A stretch of 63,802 nt of DNA, filler included, from Nemertoderma westbladi (taxonomy: Eukaryota; Animalia; Xenacoelomorpha), in the NCBI GenBank assembly GCA_032718475.1. It is 3 parts of 3 records of this genome, joined end to end, with 100 filler letters (N's around TTAATTAATTAA, not from the genome) between each part and the next. Parts side by side here need not be neighbours in the genome. Positions count along the whole stretch, not along the records: positions 1 to 27,388 come from JAUCBJ010002817.1; 2 more parts are not named here. The stretch is one strand, 5' to 3'. Both the position numbers and the translations under genes were made by a program. Shown here one piece after another: positions 11,675 through 24,133 of this stretch (the stretch's first letter is position 1; the number at the start of each line of letters is the position of its first letter). The notes beneath the pieces were generated by a model that saw nothing but the letters and a program-made list of their open reading frames with translations, did no database searches and was not told the DNA's origin.

Positions 11675-14600
11675 CTATGGTGCCCCTTCTAGCAGGCAAC
11701 ATTTACCTACAGCCCTCCTGTAGGTCTTCCTGTCTTTCGCTCCTATCTTACTCCCTATCCGCACTACCACCGATCGGACTCTTCCGTCCTCGTCGGAGTA
11801 AGTGTCTACTACTCTTGCTAGCCTCCACTGATTGTTGATGATTGTGTCGTCCGTGACGATCACCAAATCACCTTTCTTTAACTCTCTAGTGGTATTTATC
11901 CACTTGCTCCTCCTATGTAGTGTGGGTAGGTATTCCTCGACCCACCTCCTCCAGTACTCTGCACTTATTGCCTTAGCAACTTTCCAACTCTGTCGGGAGT
12001 GTATGTCATCTGGGTCTACACCCCGCATGTCAATGGTCGCCGGCCTTTCCATCAGGAAATGATTGGGTGTCAGCACATCTAGTGATTCTGGGTCGTCATT
12101 TTCTGGGTATAGCGGTCTGCTATTGATGATACCCTCACACTTAGCTAGCACCGTCCTTAGTATATCTTCTGTCACCATGTGGGTGTTCATCAACTTCGTC
12201 ATCAGACGCTTGGAACTACCCACGAGTCTCTCGACGCATCCTAAAGTATGCGGAGCATACGCCGTCCTCCTTTCCCACTTTACCTGTCGTCTCCTCATGG
12301 CTGCCCTGACTTCCTCTCCTTCCAGGATGTCCAAGGCCTCCGCCAGCTCGTTCTCCGCCCCCACAAAGTTGGTTCCATTGTCAGAATAGATCACTGCGAT
12401 CGTCCCACCTTTGCGGTCTCTGAACCTCTCTAGGGCATTGATGAATGCCGATGCGGTTGCGTCTTGGGCGAGTTCTATTCCTAACGCCCTCGTGTTGTTA
12501 CATACGACGTTGATGCCATAGCGCTTCTCCGTGTGTCGCATCACCTTGATCTTTATCGGCCCGAACATATCTACGCCGCACTGCGTGAATGGCGGGTCAT
12601 GCTGTCTCACCCTACTGGCCGGTAATGGCGCCATCTCCTGTACGGCCCGCTCCTTTCTCGTCTGTCGGCAGGTCTGGCACTGCCCCACTACCGCCTTCAC
12701 CTTCTTTCTTAGCTGCGTGATCCAGAAGGTCCTCCGTATCTCCGTGAGGGTCTGGTTGGTGCCCCCATGCAATATCGACTTGTGGGAGTCCCAAATGATC
12801 TGGTGGACTATCGGCGATCTGTTTGGGATGATTATGGGTTTCGGTGGGATGATGAGGCTGTTGTTATTCAGCACTCTGGAGTTCATTACTAGAATCCCAT
12901 CATCATTGAGTTGTGGCGACAGCGTGATGAGCTCGCTGTTCCGACGAAGATGTTGTTGTTTGCCGATGCGTTCCACTTTGTCGCCGTAGTTCTTTCTCTG
13001 TTCACACCGTATCACGGCCTTGGCCGTTCCCTCCAGATCGATGTTTGGTTTCCTCTTGGAGTCCTTGCCAACTCCCTTGAGAAATTCCCCGAAGGCCCTC
13101 CAGTACGCTACCAACTTCTTGGTCTTGTACCAGCTTGAGCTGTAGCTGATTAGCTTATCTGTTGGGTTGTCGCATGGTTCTTCTAATTTTGGTTGCACCC
13201 CTTTGATTTCCCTCACCATCTGACTATATATCTCTTCACCTTCTGAGTCTTCTCCCTCTTCTTCTGGTGCTACTTCCTCTGAGCCCGGGTCCACCTTCTT
13301 CATTGGTGGCCAGGCCGACCTATCGTTCAGGAACTGTGGCCCGTGCTGCCACAGCACTTCCTTCTTTAAGAAAGTGTGGCATGCCACGACCCTCGATAAC
13401 AAGTCTGCTGGGTTCTCGTCTGTTGGGCAGTAGTACCACCTTTCCAAGTCTGTCGTCACCCTTATTTCATCCACCCTATTTGCTACGAATATAGGGTATC
13501 TCGTCTTCTCATTGTGCAGCCAACCAAGCACTACCATGGAGTCCGTCCAGTAATGTGTTCCCACTATGTTGGGAATAGTGTCCATCAAGTAGGCTGTGGC
13601 CCTTACTCCTAATCTTGAAGCTGTCAACTCGAGTTTGGGACCGATGCTGAATCTGGCGGCGTCGACTTTACTTTGCTGAATGCAAGTCTGGGCTTATAAG
13701 CCCCCTCTCGTTGTACTAGGTAGAGTGCCGCTCCGTATGTTTCCAATGATGCATCAGAGAACATGTGTAGATCCAGATCCGTCATGTCCCCATCCGGGAT
13801 CTACACGTGTGGCATGCTGTACGTCCCCATCTGTTCTAAACTCTCCATCCACTTACTCCACTGCTTGCTGATTTCTTCCGGGACCTCTGTATCCCATTCG
13901 TCCTTTAACTTATATACTTTCTTAAGTATCTGTTTCCCCGTGACTAACAGTGGGAATGCTAGGCCTAGGGGATTGTATATCCTTGCTATGTACGATACAT
14001 AGCCCCTCTTTGTGTGGATGTCCGCGCCCTCCTGGCTCAGTTGATACTTGAACTCGTCTGTCTCCCGGTTCCACACGATCCCCAGTGCCTTCTGCTGAGA
14101 CTCTACTCTCTTGTTCGCCACGTCCTGTCCTTGGCTGTTGTGGGGTTATCCATGGTCGACTCTGGCCGTCTGTCCTCTATGGCTTTCATAAACTCCTCTG
14201 AGCTGGATTGGAACTTGGTCAGGTTAAACCCGTATCCCTTCAGGATGTCGCGAACCTCGCGCCCTGTGTCCAGTAGTTCTTTAACTGTATTTCCAGACGC
14301 CATTCCGTCGTCTACATAGAAGCCGCGTCGAATCATATCGACTGCTTTGGCGCTATACTTCCCCTCTTTCCCCTCTACTGTATCTCTTACAGCCACAGTC
14401 GTTGTAAATGAGGACGACTTGGCCCCCACGTTCTGCACCACCATCTTGTACATCGGTATTATCGACAGTTCCTCGTCGCCGTTGTACCATAGGAAGCGCT
14501 GGCTGTCACTATCCTCCTCCGTCACACAGACTTGGTTGAACATGCCTTCAATATCGCAGGTGAAGGCATGTCTCCCATTTCTAAATCTCAGTAGGACCTC

Positions 14601-17600
14601 GATTCCCGAGTTATAGATATTTGGAGATATTTACCTTTCTTTGGATCTAGAGCCACGTGAAGTGGCAGGTAGTAGGTCCTGTCCGTGTTCGGTTCGTCAA
14701 CCGGAAACTCCACGGCCCATCCTTTCTCGACATACTTCTTTAACATCTTATGGATGTACTCATCCTTCTCGGGGCTCCGTTTCAGCGTTTGCTTCAGTTT
14801 ATGAAGCCTCGTGAGTACCATTCCCTTGTTCTCCGGTAGCGGTAATTTTGGTTGTTTCCACACCATGCCTATGGTGTACCGCCCCTCGTCGCATCTCATC
14901 GACTCCTTCACACTTTGTATCGCTTGTTTATCCTCTACCGAGGTTCCGACCCCGGTCTCCTTTAGTCCCTCAAAGTCCTGTCTGAGCAGTCTCCTGAGCT
15001 GCTCCCCGCTCCTTCATCTTCCATCTCCCTCATAGTTCCCGCGAACATGCACCCTGATGTCTCCGACATCCTAAACGGAATCTTGGTTTTAATTGGGCCG
15101 CTTAGCGCCCACCCGAATGGTGTTAAAATTGCCATCGGGTCACGCTGTCTGTCTTCGCCAAAGACCGTCTGCATTCTCTCGCGGGCCGTCGGGCAGTCCA
15201 TTCCCACTATGATGGATACCTTCCTAACGTCCACCTCTGGTATCGAGAAATTGATACTGTCCAGGAATCTGTATTGTTCGACTTCGATGTTGTTTGGCTG
15301 CCTGGCGTTGATGTTGATCGATTCTATTACCTGGATGGGGTCGATGGTCGCCCCATAATCGCATCCTGGTGCTATCGCTGCTATCTCGCACCATCCCGTC
15401 CTCATCTCCAGGACCTCATCTTTGCTGGAGATGGTTGTTACCGCCATCCTACTTGGCCTCGTCTTTAGTCCTATCTCTTTGGCCACCCAATTCTCCACCA
15501 ATGTGAAGGCTGCTCCACTGTCGACCAGCATCAGCGTGGTTACTGATCGACCGCCTTCTCTGATTACCCTCACTGGAACTACCCTGAGTAGTACCATTCC
15601 TCTTTTCTTCGCCCCTACGGTGCTTGTTGCCATTGTCTGCCCTTTGCCTTGACCGAACTTAATTGGTGTTTCTTTGCATTGATCAGCTCTGTGTCTGCCT
15701 GCCACACATCAATGACAGATTCCACTCTTCCTTGCATATTCTACCTGATCTTGTTTGGGCAACGCTTGCCAATATCTTCAGTTCATGGTCTGATGAAGTG
15801 CGTTCGAATGCAATTGGCATTTGTTGTTTGGATTATAGCCGTCCCTGTACAGTGCGCTGTGTATCGCACTTACGTTCGTACCTAGTTCCCTACTGTTCTT
15901 ATTGTTTGGGTTCGGCCTACTGGGCGTGTTTGTGTTGTTATTTTGCCCCTGTCCGCTCCATGGTATGGCCCTACCCCCGGCTACATGTGGACTAGCAGTC
16001 CCCTGCGTCGCCACATATGGCAGCGATTGTCTAAGCTTTGGCAATGCGTTTGCCATGTTGTGTTCTGGTTTCGGCCTGTTATATTCGGTCTTTGGCCCCT
16101 TCCCCAGACTATCCTCGCTATAGACTGGGTCCGTGATCAACTCGGCTTCATAGTTGATGAAGTTTGACATTTCTTCTAGGCCCGGTTCCGCACCCTTCTT
16201 CTCCCGGGTGGAGAAGGCGATCTTTGTCCATTTATTGCACAGCCAAATCGGCAGTGCCTATCGTGGTGATATTATTAGATGTGTTGAGTTCGTATGGCGT
16301 GTCTAGTGTCTTCAACATGATTAGCGCCTTCTCGACTTTGTTCGCAAACGTCTTTATACTAACGGGGTTATCCTGTAGGCCACCCCATGTTATACCCCTC
16401 AGGGTTTGCCGGATGATCTTGGCCGGGTGCCCGTATTCCCTGTCTAGTGCCCGCCATGCAGTCGTGAAGCCACCCTCGATGCCATGATACTACCTCACGA
16501 TGTCGTACACTGGGCCTCCTGCATATACCTGTAGATATTTTAGGCACTCTGCCTGCGTCAGGTTCTTAGTTAATATCTTGTTGCTGTACATGCCTAGGCC
16601 CCGGCCTACTTCCGTCTAATTTAAATGGCTCTACGGGTGGTAGCTCGATTCTGGTCTTGAGCGCATCGATTAGTGTAGCCATTCCCATCGCCTGTGCTTC
16701 CAATGGGTTCGAAGGATGCTGTACAGATTCTCCCATTGGGTGCGGTCCACCCGTCCGGCCTGTTGCCTTCCGTTGCGTCGGATATACCATTGGGGGGTAA
16801 CGGCCCCCTCCATATTTCCGTGTCGCAAGACCTGTTCTCATCCAGGGGGTTCGATGTTCTTATTTCTGTTTGAGTATATTGTTGATATTGTAATGGGGGA
16901 ATGTCACCCTGTCCCCCCCCCCCCCCCCCCCCACCGATGGTATGTTTGGTACTGGGGTTGATGTTAATATATTGGGGCCCATACACCTATACACCATAAC
17001 TCTCCCCTCCCCTGGATATATGTTATGTCCCTGCATGTTATAGTCATACTGTTCTGCTGGTACCGGTATAGGCCTATCCACTTCTGGCCTACCTACCGGT
17101 ATATACTCCGCGACTTCCGGGTTTAATCCCATTGTCCGTGCTACTCTATCGCCTACACTATCTCTCCCAGCATGGCCTATAGTATGTGCAGTAAGGCCTA
17201 CAGTATGTCCTGCAGTCTGTATGTGTCCCTCCGGACCGAAGTTTAACCTTCTCGAATAGTCTAAGAAGTCCTCCCCGCGACTACCGTACCCTCGATTGGC
17301 AGCTATATCCCGTCGGGAAGTTTCTCTTCGATCCCCTCTCATATTCTCGTCCTCGTACCGGTACACCCTGTACCCCTCTCTCGGCGTATAGTACATCTCG
17401 CCAGGTTGCGTCTCTCCGGGGCGATGGCAATCTCCCAGGGTTCGACCCCACTGGCTCTCCAACTCCATCTCTACTACCGACGGCTCGCTATCCGTCCTCG
17501 CTCTCCGGTCGCTCGTAACGACGCTTCTTCTATTCTCTTCTCTTCTTCTCTCTTCAGTGTAGCGTCCCCGTTCTTGAGATCTCTCGTCGACCTCCCGGTT

Positions 17601-19693
17601 AAACTCCACTGTTCTTCTCCCCTCTTCTGACTGGGCTCGACATCTTGTCGCTCGCCCGCTCACGACGCCAACCTCCCTCTCTAGCCGGTCGCACACCGCT
17701 GGGGATATTCCTAATCCCCCTATTACTCTCCGTCGTCGGGTGCTGCGGTTCACCTAACTCGCCCCGCGCATTGTCCGCCGACGCCTGTGGGACACTCTCT
17801 GCCCCCCCCCTCTTGCCGCTAATCTCTCGTTGTGGGGCGCCTGTCCTGTAGCACCCCCCCCCCCCCCCCACTCGCCACCTATCACTTCACTATCTCTCGC
17901 CTCGCCTCTACGCCCCTGTCTAGTCGACGCACTATCTCTACTGCGGCTGGGTCTATTCACCCCCACCTCTCCCTCTATCACTGCGTGGCCTGGCAGGCTC
18001 CCGTCGGGTCGACTCACCCCCGCTACTCCCTGCGTATTAACTACGTGGCCTTCCAGGCTCCCTTTGGGGTCTCTCACCCCCGCTACCCCCTGCGTACTGA
18101 TTATGTGGCCTTGCAGGCTCTCATTGGCCGGACCACCTACATCTGGCCGCGTTTATATTAATAGCACCATTATTAACATTATTGTCAAAATTATTTGGAT
18201 TATTTGAATTATTCTGTACCGAATTCGGATTATTATTTAAATTATTTTGTATATTTGGATTAGAATCGGGGTTATTTTGTTTGTTTGAATTAAAATTATT
18301 ATTTAGATTACTCTGTGTATTTAAATTTAAATTATTCGAATTACTTTGTATATTTGAATTATTTTCTATATTTGGGTTTAGATTATTATTTGAATTATTT
18401 GGATTATTATGTGCGTTTAAATTAGGGATACTCGGATTTAAATTATTATTATTGGGCAAAATATTATTTCCTGGAATAAAAGTTTGATTAGGGTTGTCTA
18501 CTACGGTACTATTAATATTAACGTCTTCTAACGTAATGTTATTACACCCCCCCCCGCCCGTACGGTTACACCAGTCTTGGGTCTGTCGTCCGGTCCCTGT
18601 AAGTGGGGTATTAACAAACGTTTCCATTACTTCTGGCTCCTCGTAAACACTACCACCCTCACTCTCAGATAATCCCAACTGCGCCAGTTCCAGTCGGTGC
18701 TTCTGTTTGGCTTGATATTCCATAAGCCCCCTTAGCCGGGCATGCATATCATCCCGCATATGCTTTCCCGCCCTCTCTCTTTCTCTATCCTCTCGCAAAC
18801 TCTGGTTCACCAACTCTGTTTCTCTCACCACCCGCTCTCTACGCTCGCTCTCTATGCTTGTTCATCTCTCTCGTCTCTCGCTCCTTACGCTCCTTCTCTA
18901 CTCTCGTTTCTCGCTCCTTACGTTCCTTCTCTACTCTCGTTTCTAGCTCCTTACGTTCCTCTGTCTCTCTCTCTTCTTGTTCTCTACAATTTCTCGCTAC
19001 CCTCTCAGCCCTATCTCTACACTCCCTCGCCAACTCCCTCTCTTTCTCCAACAGCGCAGTTCCATCATCCAACTGCCTCTCTAATTCTTTCTGGTCTAGC
19101 GCCACCATGTCTAATTGACACGCCAGATCTATCTCTAACACCCTTCTTGCTTTCGCGGAGGATGTAGCGGACTTATCGGTCGCAACGGACTCCCGTCGCC
19201 TCTCTGTCCTACTAACTTTCCCCCGCTTTCTGGGGTTCTCGCTAACCGACGAGACCAAATCCTCGGGGTTAACCTCGGGTTCGCCCTCGTACGGATCTGA
19301 CCAACCCACTAACTTAATTCCCCTAGCATCCACTAAATATGGCCCTACGTACACCACTTCAGGCTCCATAACCCCGGATCACCACAGTTCGAATAGTTCG
19401 GTGACAACCCCCCTCGCTCTCTCACTCGCCAGTTCTCCCTGCCCGAAATGGACTAGATATCTGAAATGTTTATTCGACTCACCTAGCCGCTGGCTCAACT
19501 TCCCCTGGTTTACCTTTGCCCCCTCTCTGGCCTCCTTGAGCTGTTTCTTCGTGGCGTTGTAGGTTCCGATGTCCTTGTCGCCGACATCTCCTCCTCCTCT
19601 CCTGGTTCGGCGTCGTACCGGCGGCCCCACCATCGCCGTTCCGGTGTGCCGTCCGTCGCCCTCGGCCAGTGGCTGGCCGGTGACTTCGGTCAT
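11675..19693 (-). mobile_element. BEL/Pao LTR retrotransposon family A gag-pol, frameshifted; 5' LTR missing
   Basis: Domains read in order: gag (coiled coil, Asn-rich tract, zinc knuckles), protease LVDSGA, RT (YYLPLH, DIEGMFNQV, FYVDD), RNase H (FSDAS, WTDS, NPADLLSR) and integrase (HHCC, GVDMFGP, SDNGTNF, ERL, INSRPL) ending at CCLLEGAP. It has several frameshifts and a small RT deletion near 14600. Confidence 0.93.
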
Positions 19694-19777
19694 CCAAACA
19701 ATAAAAGATCACTTTACCAATTGAGGGAAACCATATGGTAAGACAGTCAATAGTCACATGGTCAGACAATCTAATCA

Positions 19778-19910
19778 ATACACAAATCTACTCGCAAAAC
19801 GAGCCATACAAATCTACACACAAAACGAGCCATACAAATCTACACACAAAACAAGCCATACAAATCTACACACAAAACGAGCCATACAAATCTACACATA
19901 AAACGAGCCA
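19778..19910. repeat. 26-bp tandem repeat x5
   Basis: Units of atacaaatctacacacaaaacgagcc. Confidence 0.9.
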
Positions 19911-20230
19911 TTATTGTAGCCATTTTCGACTTATCAACAATTGCTGCTTCCGAATATTACTTTCCTGATGAGAAAACCACAGCATCTTTTCTTCGCCTAA
20001 TCAATCACTGGTGGTTGGTTGCTAATGTCAAACAACGTTATCATCCAATACCAATCGGGGATGCGCTCGTTTAAGGTGATGGAAAAATTGACTTTCTGAG
20101 GAACTTATCTAGCTAGCTAGAAAATATTAACATTTTGTAGCTCGCAAACAAAAAATGCTTTAATCCAATCAAATCCAGCAGCAGCTACGAATATGTCTTG
20201 ACCGGTAGATTACAAACAGATCCATTATAG
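19911..20230 (+). pseudogene. P-superfamily (THAP9/Galileo-like) transposase relic
   Basis: Manual translation gives AIFDLSTIAASEYYFPDEKTTASFLRLINHWWLVANVK...DGKIDFLR...EYVLTGRLQTDPL, which resembles the P-transposase catalytic C-terminal motif (YVL..R.Q.DPLE). Stops and internal deletions are present. Confidence 0.65.
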
Positions 20231-20261
20231 AATTAAATAGACTCAATAAAACACTTTTCAA

Positions 20262-20627
20262 AAGCGAAAATAAGACGCACCCAGTATGGATGAGGGAGGT
20301 AAAACAATATCTACTTCAAATTTCATTCAATCTCATAAAGATTTGTAGAATAATTGGTGGCCAAGTCACTGAATTAAGACACAATATTCCAGGAGATGGT
20401 GTAGGTACGCACTAATGAAGTTGAACTGCCATTTACCAAAAAATAGCTATTAAAATAAGTTGTTTCAAAATTATAATATTTACTATTAAATGAATAATAA
20501 AAAAATGGTCTAGAAGACTTTTATTTTAAAATCCTTCAAATATATGAAAAATGATTTTAAAAACGTGTGCCTACTAAATTTTGTAGGTAGAATGCAGCTT
20601 TCATGGTCGTATATATAATAGGTCATG
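20262..20627 (-). repeat. Right long terminal inverted repeat of P/Galileo-like element
   Basis: Ends ...TAGGTCATG, is followed by GTACTAC, and is complementary to 6272-6660. Confidence 0.9.
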
Positions 20628-20785
20628 GTACTACACTGTATCTATCTACAAATTTGGCTACTACATGGTACATTTTACAAAGTTAAACAAAGACAATAAT
20701 AAATCAGGAAACAACCTTAGTTACAGGAAAATAAATATAGATATTTAATTTCATTTGGTGAAAAAGAAGTGTAACAATAATTATT

Positions 20786-20894
20786 TATTACATGGGAAAA
20801 AAGTAGAACTTTTTTTCATTATAAATAAAGGTTAATAAAGGGTCGAAAGAGTATTGAAAAAAAATGTTCTACGTATTTTTTTTCCCATGTAATA
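20786..20894. repeat. Short inverted repeat (MITE-like)
   Basis: tattacatgggaaaaaagtagaac...gttctacgtattttttttcccatgtaata. Confidence 0.6.
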
Positions 20895-21704
20895 CGTAAT
20901 TTTATTCTTAAATTGGTACTTTTTTGTTGCTCAATTCAATAAAATATAGAGCGAAATACTACAGTACAGTAGTGTTACTCAATAAAATGAACTGCAGTAT
21001 TTTACTATATTGCTTCCATAGTTACTGCTGCGATTCAAATTATTTTACTCTTCAACTCTCGATTTTGCCTTACGTTACAATGTTACAATACTGTAATTTA
21101 GTGTTCTCGAATATTTATTACGTAACTAGAGAGCCGCTTAACTACCTAAACCAATATATTTGGATATTGAGTTTCGTTTTGGAGTTCGTCTTGCAGACAC
21201 TAAAGTTGCAATAACTTTCGAGTGTGTCATTGGATTTTGCTCAAATTACTTGCAAACCTTTTCTACGTCGATGCTCTTTAAATATATGTAATTAAATTTA
21301 AGAAATTCCACCAAAAGTATTTTAATTTACTTTTTTCGCCGGGAAAAAAAATAAATTAAATGCAACCCAATGGGTTACCCAATGAGTGAAAATTTTTCTC
21401 CCGATTTTGTCAAATTCGAGTGAAAAAGTAACAATTTAAGATTAAATATTTTATTATTATTGTGTTTTGTTAACTAGATAATATAATTATTCAACAATAG
21501 CCCGCTTTCCAATATTTAGAAATCGTCCCAAGCCCGGCCCGGCCCGTGTCCATCTCTGCTATATATTCCAATCGGTTCAGTACTGAAATAAGACAATACT
21601 GTATGTTTAATAGACCAAATATACAGTACAGTGTATGTATACACCATAAAATGCTTGCAATGAAATCTCTGATATGCCTCTATTTTTGTGTACATGCTAA
21701 AAAG

Positions 21705-21810
21705 AAGAATGAGCTAGAATGATCTAGAATGACCTAGAATGATCTAGAATGAGCTAGAATGATCTAGAATGACCTAGAATGACCTAAGAATCACCTAGAA
21801 TGAGCTATGA
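21705..21810. repeat. 10-bp tandem repeat (agaatgaNct) x~10
   Basis: Seen directly in the sequence. Confidence 0.85.
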
Positions 21811-21830
21811 GAAGATTATAGAATGCAATA

Positions 21831-22450
21831 CCGACCTACTGTATACCGAGCTATAACAAGATAATATCAATCTATACGAGCAAAATATGAGATAATACAG
21901 AGGTGTATCGACCTATACTGAGCTATAAAAATAATGCATAGCTATACCGTGCTAATTCTATAAGTAAGTAACTATTCTATTCATTTGATTTCAGATTTCA
22001 AATTTCAATGAGTGAAGTGTGAGTGATCAAATTTAAAACGATTTTCCTAATTTTTTCACCATAGACTGGAGGCAAATCCAATCTTAGCGAATTAATATCC
22101 CGCCTCAATGTATGTTACATTCTCAATTTATGGAAATGAGCAGGTTACAGTGGCACGTTATTTTAACCAAACAATAAACTAAACACAATAGAACAGGTTA
22201 CAGTTTTATTTTTTAGAGTAATCAGCATTTATTTGCGCCGAATTTTCCCTGGAGGGAGAGGGATGAACTTTTATTGCGTCCAGTTCAACGAGATCGTATG
22301 AGACGAAATATTTATCATTGTCGTTATATTTATTCAGGCATATTTATTATTATTTTTATAGCTCAGTATAAGTCGATACACCTTAGTATTATCTCTTATT
22401 TTGCTCGGTATAGATTTATATTATCTTGTTATAGCTCGGTATAGGTGGGT
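21831..22450. repeat. ~105-bp inverted repeat pair with ~410-bp spacer
   Basis: 21831-21934 is complementary to 22347-22450. The spacer carries the gagcaggttaca...aaccaaacaataaac motif also found at 60790-61120. Confidence 0.75.
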
Positions 22451-24059
22451 ATTATCCCGACATACAGCCATATTTTAATACACAATAATTATTGCTTTTC
22501 TTCACGAGAGGGAGGATATATTCAATGTGCTAACCCATGATTGACAAGGGGGCGAGTGGAAGACTAATTGACACCATGATTTATGTTGCACTTTGTAGCG
22601 TGTACTAGGTGGGATAAATATTTCTCCATTTGACGCAACACCGCCGCGGCCGCTATGAGGGAGGTGAATACCGCGGCCGCTCCTAAAGCCGCAGGCCATC
22701 GCTAACTATATAGGTTAACTTGGGATTCTGGGGGACTTTTCGATGAAGGAAACGACCAATTTATTTTATTTTCGCACCTGGGGAGCGGCTCGGAATTCTA
22801 AGATATTAGCCACTCTAACATTAGCAAATCTATCCCCTCGACGGACACGGCGGACAAAAAACCGTCATTTTTTCATCAATTTTAAAAATTTTTTGAAAGG
22901 CGCTCTACAGTGGCTCGAAAAAAACCCTAGGTTATTGCTTAACCGACGCCGGGATGCGATAGAAGGGATTAATTAGTGAATTCGTTTTTTTTTTCAAAAA
23001 AGATTACCACACCTTTTTCCCGAAATTGTCCGTCAAAGTTGAAAAAACGGACAAAATGGCTTTGCGGGATCCACTCTATCTCGGCTAATATTAATCGTAC
23101 GGGGACGAAAGTAACGCGGCTGGAAAGGTGAAGAGTGGTACTACCTTTGTATCGAATGGGGGTAAGATATTTATTAATATTTCGGGTGGAAAAAGGGGCC
23201 GTAACTTTGTCCGTTTTTTCCATCTTTTTTACATTACATAATTAATATTTCCAAAATTTTTAATTCGACAACGCTAGTAGGAATCTGCCAATTCTTTTTC
23301 GGAAAGCGTAGAAGACCACAGGGGCTACATTCCTATCGAATGGGGGTACAAAAAATATGTAGGCAAAGGGGTCCAAAAAGGGCCAGAAAATAATAAAAAG
23401 TTTATGGCTAACAACTTTTTTATTTTTGATTCTAGAAGGTTAAAGTACATTTTATACGGTTAATATCGATACGGGGAATCCAAATATTCGATTGGTTTTG
23501 CCGCGCAAATGATATTAAAAAAATGAGGGCCCAAATTAAAATTTCACGCTTCAAACTCGCTTCCCGGGAACTCGTCTAGCTCGAAAAATACATAAGGTCT
23601 GGGAGACTTATTTAAACAGTCTTATAGAGCGTCAAATTATCTATCTTTCAACGGTAGTTACAGCGCCATAGCTATTATATAACTGGAGCGGCAGACGATC
23701 GTGTGAAATATACTACTTATAAAAAAGGGACGAAAAAATTTCTTTTTAATAAATCGCCATTACATTATAATTTAACTTTTTGCGACAAAATTTCCTGTAA
23801 AATGTAGCAAATTAACTCCACTATCTTTTTTCTTAACATTAATAATTAAAATAACGAGTTTTAAGGGTCGAAAAATATCGTGTAATTTTGGCCCTTTTTT
23901 TTCATTTTTTTTTGGGGCCAAAAATACCCCCTCTCAAAAGATAGAAAAAAAAATTACGGCAAAGAATATACCAATTTTATTGAATTTGGAGCACCAGAAC
24001 CGAAGTTAGAGCGAATTTAGTCAAAAATTAAAAATATTTTTTTTGCAAAAAATTAAGAA

Positions 24060-24133
24060 TGGTCAATATGGGGTTTCGAACCCACGAACTTAGGTATCGT
24101 TAACGTGATTGATAACCACTAGACTACGTGACC
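24060..24133 (-). pseudogene. tRNA-derived relic (Val-AAC-like; tRNA pseudogene or SINE head)
   Basis: The minus strand reads GGTCACG TAGTCTAGTGGTTATC...TTAACGA...GGGTTCGAAACCC...TGACCA. A and B boxes are present, the anticodon and T stems are broken, and a T-run follows downstream. Confidence 0.6.

Noticed and set aside
7911-19167. Many plus-strand ORFs opposite the BEL-A genes
   Set aside because: Antisense shadows of GC-rich coding sequence with no independent motifs.
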